From: Rhodocyclaceae bacterium
Lineage (GTDB): Bacteria; Pseudomonadota; Gammaproteobacteria; Burkholderiales; Rhodocyclaceae
Direction: 5' to 3'
Assembly (NCBI GenBank): GCA_013388985.1
Contig: JACAEF010000024.1
Coordinates: forward strand, 8,370-72,369
Length of the DNA stretch: 64,000 bases
Shown: positions 29,572 through 37,452 of the stretch, in pieces
Numbering within the stretch: position 1 is the first letter of the stretch
Layout of the letters: every line of letters begins with the position of its first letter
Program-made: the position numbers and the translations under genes
The notes under the pieces: generated by a model
What the model saw: the letters and a program-made list of their open reading frames with translations, nothing else
Told to the model about the DNA's origin: nothing
Databases searched by the model: none

Positions 29572-32211
29572 ATGGAAATGCCGAAAATTACGCGCCGCAC
29601 CTTCCTCAAGGTCAGCGCTACGACCGGCGCCGCGGCTGCGGCTGCGCCGCGTCTGCTCAACGCCATGGAAAACGAGCTGGGCGGCAAGGACTTCGCACCG
29701 GTGTCCGGCATCGAGCGCAAAGCCATCCCAATCAACTGCCATGTCTGCAACATCCAGGATGGCGCCATTGCCTACGTCGAAAACGATCGCGTCGTGAAAC
29801 TCGAAGGCAATCCCGAACACGTTTCGACACGCGGGCGGTTGTGCGCGAAAGGTAACTCGGGCATGTGGTACAGCTATGATCCCGACCGTATCCTTTATCC
29901 ATTGAAGCGTGTCGGCGCGCGTGGCGAAGGCAAGTGGAAGCGCATCACCTGGGATGAGGCGCTCACCGAGGTGGCGGCCAAGCTCGATGCCGCGCTCAAG
30001 GAAGACCCCAACACCATCATGCTGAAATGGGGGCGCAATCGCACTGGCGGCACATTGGAGCGCTTCATGAAGACGCTCGGTTCGGCGACGGTGCTCAACC
30101 ATACCTCCGTGTGCGAATCATCGAAGAAGATCGGCATGGAGCCAACCTGGGGACCGGACATCGAGACTCCCGATTTCGCCAATACCCGGTATGTGCTCAA
30201 CTTCGGTTCGAACGTGCTGGAAGCATCCTATTTCCATAACCCGCTTTCGCAGCGCATCGCCGATGGGCGTATCGACAATCGCATGAAGATCGTCACTTTT
30301 GATGTGCGCCTGTCGAATACCGCGGGCTTTTCGGACGAGTGGATTCCGGTGCATCCGGCCACCGACGGCGCCGTGGCGCTGGCGATGGGACATGTCATCT
30401 TACGTGAGAACTTGCAGGATTCCGATTTCATCAACACCTGGACCAACGTCACGGTCGATGAGCTGAAGGAGCATTACAAGCAATACACGCCGGAATGGGC
30501 CGAGAAGATCTCCGGCGTGCCGGCGGCGACGATCGAACGCATCGCACGCGAGTTTGCCACCACGAAGCCAGCGACATTATTCACCTATCGTGGCCCGGCC
30601 AAGCATCTCTATGGCTCCTACAACGAAAAAGCGTGCATGATGCTGCCGATCATGACCGGCAACGTCGAGAAGAAAGGCGGCTATTGCCTGCCGCGCGGCA
30701 TGGGCTGGCCGCAGCCCAAGCCTGAGCCTCCGAAACCGGCGAAGGGTTCCTACCTCGCCGACCATCCGGATTATCCGCTCGCGGCGCACAAGGTTTCCCA
30801 TCTCGTACCGTTCTGGATTGCCGATGGCAAGCAGAAGATCAATGTCTATTTCACTTATCAGGACAACCCGGTCTATACCAACCCGGGATCGATGGCCGTG
30901 TGGGGCAAGCTCCTCAAGGATGAGAAACTGATTCCCTTCTTCGTCTCGATGAGCTCGCACATGGGCGAGGAAACGGCGCTGGCCGACATCATCCTGCCCG
31001 ACTGTCCGTATCTCGAGCGTTGGGAGCCCGAATCGATGCCCAACTCGTTGTGGCCGTGGTTGGGCATCCGCCAGCCGGTGCACAAGTCGCTCGGCGAATC
31101 GCGCGAGAACCGCGTGCTGTTGCGCGACATCATCTGGAAGCTCGACCCGGACGGCAAGCGTGGCATGAAGCAGTACTGGGACTTCAAGGATGGCGAGGAT
31201 TACATGCGCCATCATTTCGACAACATCCCGGGCCTCAAGGAAGCCGGCGGCCTCGACTTCCTGAAAAAACATGGGGTCTGGCCGATCTATGGCAAGCTCG
31301 ATCCGAAGACCGGCAAGATCGTCGACAAGACCGGCCGCGAGATCAGGGCCGAGTATGGGTTGCACATGAAGGAACTGTCGGAAGCCGACATGGTCGGCGC
31401 CACGGTGGCCAAGGATGGCCTCATCACCAAGAACGGCAAGGCGATCGGCATCCGTCGCAACGGCAAGAACTATGTCGGCTTTCCGACTGCCAACCGCCTG
31501 ATCAACGTGCGCGTCGACGAGTGGGCCGAATACGGCTTCAACCCGATGCCGACCTTCAAGCGTATCCCATGGCACGAGACGATGAAGGACGACGAACTGA
31601 TCCTCACCACCTTCAAGCTCAACGTGCATAAACAGTCGCGGACGGCCGCGGTGAAGTGGCTGGCGGAGATCGCGCACAGCAATCCGATGTGGATCAACAG
31701 CGAGACCGCAAAGAAGATCGGTGTCAAGACGGGCGATTTGGTGCGAGTCGAATCCAAAGTCGGTTATCTGGTCACCAAGGCTTATGTCACCGAGGGCATC
31801 CATCCGCGCGCGGTGGCGATTCCGACCGGCTTCGGCCACTGGGAATATGGCCGTCTGGCAACCCTGAAACTCAAGGAGAAGAAGGGTGAAGCCAGCCATG
31901 GTCAGGATGACCCCGACCTCAACAACGTCTGGTGGGACGACAAGGGGGTGCATCCGAACAACATCATTCCGGCGGTTGTCGACCCGATCGGCGGCTCGCA
32001 AGGCTGGTATGACACGGTCGTCAAGGTCACCAAGGCCGGACCGAACGACAAGTATGGCGATACGCAGGGTTACTGGGACAAGCACTACGAGGCCTACAAG
32101 GAGACCTTGCGTTACGCCTATACCGGCGATCTGCACCGCAAGATGCACCCGGAGATGGCCAGCTGGGCGGGACCCGAGAGCGTCAAGCCCAAGGTGCATG
32201 GCGGGCACTGA
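29572..32211 (+). CDS. Tat-exported Mo-bisPGD oxidoreductase catalytic subunit 1 (Psr/Phs/Ttr/Arr super-clade, substrate unassigned), 'A1'
   Basis: Tat signal ITRRTFLKVSATTGAAAAAA. N-terminal cluster motif C56-x2-C59-x3-D63-x27-C91. KRVGARGEGKWKRITWDEAL. Probable Mo-ligand Cys in NHTSVCESS. 879 aa. Confidence 0.85.
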   Translation: MEMPKITRRTFLKVSATTGAAAAAAPRLLNAMENELGGKDFAPVSGIERKAIPINCHVCNIQDGAIAYVENDRVVKLEGNPEHVSTRGRLCAKGNSGMWYSYDPDRILYPLKRVGARGEGKWKRITWDEALTEVAAKLDAALKEDPNTIMLKWGRNRTGGTLERFMKTLGSATVLNHTSVCESSKKIGMEPTWGPDIETPDFANTRYVLNFGSNVLEASYFHNPLSQRIADGRIDNRMKIVTFDVRLSNTAGFSDEWIPVHPATDGAVALAMGHVILRENLQDSDFINTWTNVTVDELKEHYKQYTPEWAEKISGVPAATIERIAREFATTKPATLFTYRGPAKHLYGSYNEKACMMLPIMTGNVEKKGGYCLPRGMGWPQPKPEPPKPAKGSYLADHPDYPLAAHKVSHLVPFWIADGKQKINVYFTYQDNPVYTNPGSMAVWGKLLKDEKLIPFFVSMSSHMGEETALADIILPDCPYLERWEPESMPNSLWPWLGIRQPVHKSLGESRENRVLLRDIIWKLDPDGKRGMKQYWDFKDGEDYMRHHFDNIPGLKEAGGLDFLKKHGVWPIYGKLDPKTGKIVDKTGREIRAEYGLHMKELSEADMVGATVAKDGLITKNGKAIGIRRNGKNYVGFPTANRLINVRVDEWAEYGFNPMPTFKRIPWHETMKDDELILTTFKLNVHKQSRTAAVKWLAEIAHSNPMWINSETAKKIGVKTGDLVRVESKVGYLVTKAYVTEGIHPRAVAIPTGFGHWEYGRLATLKLKEKKGEASHGQDDPDLNNVWWDDKGVHPNNIIPAVVDPIGGSQGWYDTVVKVTKAGPNDKYGDTQGYWDKHYEAYKETLRYAYTGDLHRKMHPEMASWAGPESVKPKVHGGH

Positions 32212-32339
32212 TTGGAGATGCGGGGATTCGTCCGTCGTGGTCCTGTCGCGGCGGACGGGATTTGAAGGTCCGGCATTCATGCGGACCATTTTTCGGGGTT
32301 CGACATGCTCAGCAGTATTTTCGAAATCGAGGACGAAGG

Positions 32340-32365
32340 GAAAATCGGCGCTGGCGAGACGGCAG
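32340..32365 (-). repeat. Dispersed intergenic repeat, copy 6 (CTGCCGTCTCGCCAGCGCCGATTTTC on minus strand)
   Basis: Read directly. Lies between the A1 stop (32211) and the preferred TorD-like start (32389). Confidence 0.8.
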
Positions 32366-32388
32366 TCATTCCTGCATCGCCAGCGGCG

Positions 32389-33147
32389 ATGGCCGCCGAA
32401 TGTCGCGCGCGTGCAAGCGTGTATCGTCTGTTGTCCGGTGTGTTCGTCGAGGAGGCCGCTGCGGAATTCCTCGCGGCGATTCGCGCCGACGACATGCTGC
32501 GCCAGCTTGCGGAAACCGGTTTGCGTTTCGACGATGACTTCGTCGCCACGCCTTTGAGCGAATTGGTCGAGACGTTGGCAATCGAATATGCAAGTCTGTT
32601 CGCCGCTTCCGGCGGTTTCCCGCCGGTCGAATCGGTGCGGCTTTATGGTCGTTACAAGCAAGAGCCTGAATTCGCGACGATGCAAACCTACCGGCGGCTT
32701 GGATTCGTTCTGCAGTCCGGCCGCCATGAGGTGTTTGCCGATCAGCTCGGTGTGGAGTTGATGTTCGTTGCCGCGCTGCTCGAGCGCCAGGCTGTGCGGC
32801 TCGATGGCGATGGGCATGCGCAGGCGCGCGAGCTGGAAAAAGAGATCAAGCGGTTCTGGACGCAGCATCTCGGCCGCTGGGCACGCGGCTATGGGCGCTT
32901 GGTCGAGCGCGCCGCCTCGCATTCTTTCTACCGCGAGATGGGGCGCTTTCTTGCCGGCTTCGCCGAAGAGGAGATCGGGGCGATGGGACTGCGCGTCGAG
33001 GATGCCGATCAGGCACGTCTCGAAGTTCCGAAGGCCGAGGTGCAAGTCGCGTTCGACCCGGACGAACCGGTCTGCAATGGCTGTGCCAGTGAAGCCATCG
33101 CCCAACGGTCGGGCATTGTCTCTGTCTTGCACGATCTGCGCGTATGA
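32389..33147 (+). CDS. TorD/DmsD-family redox-enzyme maturation chaperone 1
   Basis: MAAECRARASVYRLLSGVFVEE...EYASLF...ADQLGVELMFVAALL is TorD-family-like. An alternative upstream ATG at 32305 would place the repeat inside the CDS, so 32389 is preferred. Confidence 0.7.
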   Translation: MAAECRARASVYRLLSGVFVEEAAAEFLAAIRADDMLRQLAETGLRFDDDFVATPLSELVETLAIEYASLFAASGGFPPVESVRLYGRYKQEPEFATMQTYRRLGFVLQSGRHEVFADQLGVELMFVAALLERQAVRLDGDGHAQARELEKEIKRFWTQHLGRWARGYGRLVERAASHSFYREMGRFLAGFAEEEIGAMGLRVEDADQARLEVPKAEVQVAFDPDEPVCNGCASEAIAQRSGIVSVLHDLRV

Positions 33148-33587
33148 AACTCCTCGATCTTGCCTCGCGTGAGCTGCTCCCGCCAGACCGACGGGTTCTC
33201 GCGCATCTCGATTGGTCCGAGGTCGCGGCGATGTGGAATGGCAACCGTCTGGAACAACTTCACGACTGGCTCAACGAACGCTGGTCGCGGCTGATCCGCA
33301 ACAGCCTGCTCGGCACGAAGGACCCCGAAGCGGAATTTCTGCAGGCACTCGCCTATGCCGTGCTGGCTCTGTTCTTCACCCAGAATCACAATCAGGAAGG
33401 CGCACTCCTGATGATCGACGATGCACAGCTGACGCTGGGGAAATATCGCCCTCGCTTCCTCGGCGTGCACGTCGATCCGATCCTCGCCGCGTTGCAAGAG
33501 CTGCGACCCCTGCTGGTCGGACTCGCCCCTGACGCGGAGTGTCCACTCTATCCTTTCGTCTATCCGAAATTCGAATACACGGGCTGA
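33144..33587 (+). CDS. Hypothetical protein, possibly DUF309-like
   Basis: 147 aa. ATG overlaps the upstream stop (ATGA). LHDWLNERW...FLQALAYAVLALFFTQNHNQEGALLMIDDA loosely resembles the DUF309 helical pattern. Confidence 0.45.
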   Translation: MKLLDLASRELLPPDRRVLAHLDWSEVAAMWNGNRLEQLHDWLNERWSRLIRNSLLGTKDPEAEFLQALAYAVLALFFTQNHNQEGALLMIDDAQLTLGKYRPRFLGVHVDPILAALQELRPLLVGLAPDAECPLYPFVYPKFEYTG

Positions 33588-33593
33588 TTTCTC

Positions 33594-34286
33594 ATGGATA
33601 GAGCGGTGAGCGAGAAGTCGTCGCTGTTGATACGGCGGCTGGCAGCCTTCGACCCGGAGCGGACGGAGCGGATCACGGCGGAAGATTTCCTCTTCGACGC
33701 GCCGGGCATCGAGACCGTCGCTGACGCATGTGCGGGCATCGTCGTCGCGACGGGTGGCGCCGAGCGGGCTATGACCTTGCTGGCTGTCGGTGCGCCTTTT
33801 GTATTCCTCGGCGATGCAGCGCTGAGCGACAGCGATGCGCTGACACGGCTGGCGCAGGCGCATCCGGGACGTATCGGCATCCATGCCTTGGCGCGGCGCA
33901 TGGCTGTCAGCTGGTCGTTCGAGACGACCTCGAACGCCGATTTCAAGACCGTGGCGCCTTCTCTGTGCGAGCCATCCTGGGAAATCCTCAAGTCTGACGG
34001 TGCGCCGACCGGCGTGCTCGCCGGCTGGTGGCTGAAAGCCATGCAGGACTTGGGGGCGATGGGCATGCTCGTCCGCGCCGAAGTGTGCGATGACACCGAT
34101 CTCAACATCCTCGCCGGCCTGAGCGAGGAATTCGGTGACCTCCTCTGGGTCGCGCCACTGAATGGCATGCATCTGCCCCTCGCCGACTGGGTTGTCTATG
34201 GCCATGGCCGGCGACTGGCCCTGCCCGACGAGATTCATGCACGCCGTGCGGAACTGCTCGGCGACTTTATGGCCGCGGCCCGATGA
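33594..34286 (+). CDS. Hypothetical protein with HisA/HisF-like TIM-barrel segment
   Basis: 230 aa. IVVATGGAERAMTLLAVGAPFVFLGDAALSDSDALTRLAQAHPGRIGIHAL aligns by eye with the HisF segment VAGGI....A..L..GADK..I...AL.DP.L...LA..FG. Tightly packed in the operon. Confidence 0.4.
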   Translation: MDRAVSEKSSLLIRRLAAFDPERTERITAEDFLFDAPGIETVADACAGIVVATGGAERAMTLLAVGAPFVFLGDAALSDSDALTRLAQAHPGRIGIHALARRMAVSWSFETTSNADFKTVAPSLCEPSWEILKSDGAPTGVLAGWWLKAMQDLGAMGMLVRAEVCDDTDLNILAGLSEEFGDLLWVAPLNGMHLPLADWVVYGHGRRLALPDEIHARRAELLGDFMAAAR

Positions 34287-34290
34287 GACC

Positions 34291-34746
34291 ATGAACTTTT
34301 CGCTTTCCGTGTTCCTCATGTTGCTGGGCCTGTCGGGCACCGTTCGCGCTGATGTCGTATTCATGGAGCGGGTGCAACTGCTCCAAGCCTTGAAGACCAA
34401 TGCTCCTTGTTGCGTCATCGATGCACGCAATGAAGTCAGCCGAAAAAAGCATCCACTCGATGATGCCTTGCCCTACACGGAAGACATGCGACTCAACCCC
34501 AGCGCGGCCATCGTCGTAATCGCGGATAACGATGCAAACGCTTTGCGCGTCGCAAAGATTCTCGATGCAGCCTATCCTGGCCAGCGAGTCTGCGCCGTCA
34601 AGGGTGGTGTGAGAGCCTGGGAAGCGACGCTCGTCGAACTCAGCCGTGCAGCCGCCAGCGGACCGCCGAGCGGCATCGGCTTCATCATTCCGAAGAATAC
34701 CTGCGAGTCGGGCTCACCGCTGCAACGGCTGCGCAGCGCCAAATAA
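34291..34746 (+). CDS. Secreted single-domain rhodanese-homology protein lacking the catalytic Cys
   Basis: Signal peptide MNFSLSVFLMLLGLSGTVRA. Rhodanese pattern (CCVIDARNE...AIVVIADNDANALRVAKIL...VKGGVRAWE). The active-site loop reads IADNDANALR, with no Cys. Confidence 0.55.
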   Translation: MNFSLSVFLMLLGLSGTVRADVVFMERVQLLQALKTNAPCCVIDARNEVSRKKHPLDDALPYTEDMRLNPSAAIVVIADNDANALRVAKILDAAYPGQRVCAVKGGVRAWEATLVELSRAAASGPPSGIGFIIPKNTCESGSPLQRLRSAK

Positions 34747-34751
34747 GTCAC

Positions 34752-35837
34752 ATGACGATAGCTTATCCAGAGTTTCACGCCTCGTGTTGCACCCGCTATC
34801 GCTACCGCTATAGCGAGTGCCGGCGCTGTGCCGATGCCTGTCCGCACGAGGCGATCGTTCTTGATGATCATGGCGCCGAGATCGACCGCTCACGTTGTCA
34901 AAACTGCGCTCTTTGTGTCTCGGCATGCCACACCGGCGCGTTGGCGAGTGCGACATTCAAGCCGATCGATCTGTTGCGTCAGGCCATCAAGCAGCCTGCT
35001 TACAGCATCGCCTGCGCACCTTCCGGCCTCGCTGCGGATGCAACCGTTCCCTGTCTGGGGGCGATCGACGCCGTGATGATCGCCTATCTGGGCAAGCGCC
35101 GCATCCCACTGTCCCTCCTTGGCAGTGCGCATTGCAGCGACTGTCCCCATGGCGCGCGTGGTGCCGCGCAGCTGGTGCTCAATCTCGACGCGGCCAGTGC
35201 ATTGAAGCGGGCTGCGCAGGAGGAGGGGAGAGACTGGCTCGATCCGGGGCTTGTCGATACCTCGGTCGTGAGCAAGCCAGTCCGGGCGGAGCGCCGCCAG
35301 TTGTTCCGCCGCTTCATCGGTCGCGGAGTCGATGCCGTGACTGCGTCACAAACCGCGGCTCGCGCCGTGATTCCCGACAGGGCCATCCGTGCCGGTCCCT
35401 ATGTGGGCACCGAACAGCGCGAGCTGTTGCAGATCGTCTGTGAGCGTAAGGACGGCCAGCCCGCACGCATCGGCTGGCACGAAGCGCTACCATTGATGCA
35501 ACTTACATTGCAGGCGGGTTGCACTGCTTGTGAAGCCTGTTTCCGCGCCTGTCCGACCGGTGCGATCCAGATCGCCGAGGATTCCGCTGACTGGGCCCTG
35601 ACGTTCCAGACCGATCGCTGCGTCGCCTGCGAGGTCTGTCTCGAAGTCTGCCAGCCGCGCGTGCTCGATGCCGCAGCTGGTTTCGATGCCCGTCCCGAAC
35701 AGCCGGTGCAGGTATTGCATCGCCTGCACAAGCAGCGCTGTGCACGCTGCGATCGTTTTTTTGTCTCGGCCCGGCCGGCGGAAACCTGCCCGGTCTGCCG
35801 TGACGACGAAGAAGCATTCGCGGCGATATTCGGATAG
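34752..35837 (+). CDS. Polyferredoxin (2+2 [4Fe-4S] motifs) with C-terminal CxxC...CxxC zinc-ribbon, paralogue 1
   Basis: Motifs CRRCADACP, CQNCALCVSAC, CTACEACFRACP, CVACEVCLEVC, and C-terminal CARCDRFFVSARPAETCPVC. Same architecture as 36283..37452. Confidence 0.7.
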   Translation: MTIAYPEFHASCCTRYRYRYSECRRCADACPHEAIVLDDHGAEIDRSRCQNCALCVSACHTGALASATFKPIDLLRQAIKQPAYSIACAPSGLAADATVPCLGAIDAVMIAYLGKRRIPLSLLGSAHCSDCPHGARGAAQLVLNLDAASALKRAAQEEGRDWLDPGLVDTSVVSKPVRAERRQLFRRFIGRGVDAVTASQTAARAVIPDRAIRAGPYVGTEQRELLQIVCERKDGQPARIGWHEALPLMQLTLQAGCTACEACFRACPTGAIQIAEDSADWALTFQTDRCVACEVCLEVCQPRVLDAAAGFDARPEQPVQVLHRLHKQRCARCDRFFVSARPAETCPVCRDDEEAFAAIFG

Positions 35838-35853
35838 CAAGGAGTTGGAAGCG

Positions 35854-36255
35854 ATGGAATGGGAATTCACCCCCGAAGATGTCGTCAAGGGCTACAGCGG
35901 CTACGGTCTGGCCGAGTTCCGCCGCGACCTGGCCGAAGAGGTGCGCATCAACGTCGGCGACGATGCCGAGCGCTTTGCGCGCGTCTATCATCTGCTCTAC
36001 GATCTCTGTTACGCGCTCGCCACCAACAAGGATTTCGAGGCGCATCTGTCCGCTTATGCCTACGATCCACCGACGGTGCAGTTCCTGCGTGAATTGCAAC
36101 CGCTGATGGAAGACAACGTCGCCATGTTGGGGGCTATCCTGCAGCGCCAGATCATGGATCGCGTCGCCGCTGGCATGCCGCTGGAGACCGCGATTGCCGA
36201 CGTCGCCGAATGGCACCGACAGAGCATTGCCGCCGAGCCTGCCGCAGCGGACTGA
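35854..36255 (+). CDS. Small acidic hypothetical protein (133 aa)
   Basis: RBS AAGGAG 9 nt upstream of the ATG. MEWEFTPEDVVKGYSGYGLAEFRRDLAEEV... No family recognised. Last gene of operon 1. Confidence 0.5.
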   Translation: MEWEFTPEDVVKGYSGYGLAEFRRDLAEEVRINVGDDAERFARVYHLLYDLCYALATNKDFEAHLSAYAYDPPTVQFLRELQPLMEDNVAMLGAILQRQIMDRVAAGMPLETAIADVAEWHRQSIAAEPAAAD

Positions 36256-36281
36256 GTGCCGTCTCACCAGCGCCGACTTTG
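36256..36281 (+). repeat. Dispersed intergenic repeat, copy 7 (GTGCCGTCTCACCAGCGCCGACTTTG)
   Basis: Read directly. Exactly fills the 27-nt gap between the convergent stops of the two oxidoreductase operons. Confidence 0.8.
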
Positions 36282-36282
36282 C

Positions 36283-37452
36283 TCACGAACCCTTGAAGAG
36301 GCTGGCTCCCATGGCATGATTGCGTCGACAGCTGGGGCAGAGTGCGCTCAGGGAGGAAGTGGCGAAAACCCGCAGACATTCGCGGCAGATCCGCAAGGCA
36401 TGGCTGGTCAGCCGTTGCGGCGCTTCGCTGAGGGGGGGAGTGTCGGCGCGACGCAGGCGCAGCGCGTGCTCTGGGCAGGCGGTCACGCATCTACCGCAGC
36501 CAATGCAGCGCAGCGCATCGAACTCGATGCCGGTTCGTTCCGGTTCCTCATAGCGTCTGAGCGCCGCGGTTGGACAGACCCCTGCGCAGACCGTGTGATT
36601 GGCGCACTCCGGCTCGATTTCCACGACGTGAAACGGCGTGGCGGGAACGGAATGCCCGGCTCGCGTCGCGACACGCAGTAGCAGCGTGAGCAGACGTGAG
36701 CGCGCCGGTAACGGCATCAGGTCTGTTCTGCGCAGGGCATGGGGTTGCGGGAGCTTCTGGGCGTCGTCGATGCCGACCGCGCGTCTGGCTTCGTTGCCCA
36801 GCCGCAGCAGAAAACCTCGCCGCGCCGGGGCGGTGGGGGCAGCGTCAGGAATATGTCGGGGCATCCGGCTGGCCGGCAAGGGTTCGCGACTCAGCCTGGG
36901 GAGGTATGTGGCAGGCACGCCTGCCACCTCCAGCCATTGCGCGGCTGTTTCGAGTGCCGCAGCAGCCGGATGCCGTTCGACGCATTTTGCCCCGGCATTG
37001 CACTGGCGGCACCAGCCTCGATCGATGACGAGCACGGGTTGCGTCCCCGCATTTTCGACCAGTTCGAGCCAGTCCGCAGGCGCCAGACCACCCAGGCAGG
37101 GAACGCGCAGGGCCGTTCCGGCAACGTGGCGATCGATCTTCTGACACTCGATACGCAACGGGGTGACGGCCGGAAGCGCATCGGGCAGAGCGAAGCCTTT
37201 GACGACAAGGGCGCCGGTGGGACAGGCGGCCGCGCAGCGGCCGCAGCCGAGGCATTGATTGCCGATGCGAAATACGCCCGCGCCGATGTCGATGCACTCG
37301 ACCGGGCAGGCGCTGCGGCAGGTACTGCAACCCGATTCGTCGAATCGCAGGGCGATGCAGGCCGCAGGCAACAGACGCACCCGGCCATCGGCTTCGACCG
37401 CCTGCCAGTCATGCCCCGATGACACGGCGGAATACTGCAGGGAATCTCTCAC
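36283..37452 (-). CDS. Polyferredoxin (2+2 [4Fe-4S] motifs) with C-terminal zinc-ribbon, paralogue 2
   Basis: Motifs CSTCRSACP, CLGCGRCAAACP, CANHTVCAGVCP, CIGCGRCVTACP, and C-terminal CRECLRVFATSSLSALCPSC. GTG start overlaps the upstream stop (GTGA). Confidence 0.7.
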   Translation of the reverse strand: MRDSLQYSAVSSGHDWQAVEADGRVRLLPAACIALRFDESGCSTCRSACPVECIDIGAGVFRIGNQCLGCGRCAAACPTGALVVKGFALPDALPAVTPLRIECQKIDRHVAGTALRVPCLGGLAPADWLELVENAGTQPVLVIDRGWCRQCNAGAKCVERHPAAAALETAAQWLEVAGVPATYLPRLSREPLPASRMPRHIPDAAPTAPARRGFLLRLGNEARRAVGIDDAQKLPQPHALRRTDLMPLPARSRLLTLLLRVATRAGHSVPATPFHVVEIEPECANHTVCAGVCPTAALRRYEEPERTGIEFDALRCIGCGRCVTACPEHALRLRRADTPPLSEAPQRLTSHALRICRECLRVFATSSLSALCPSCRRNHAMGASLFKGS

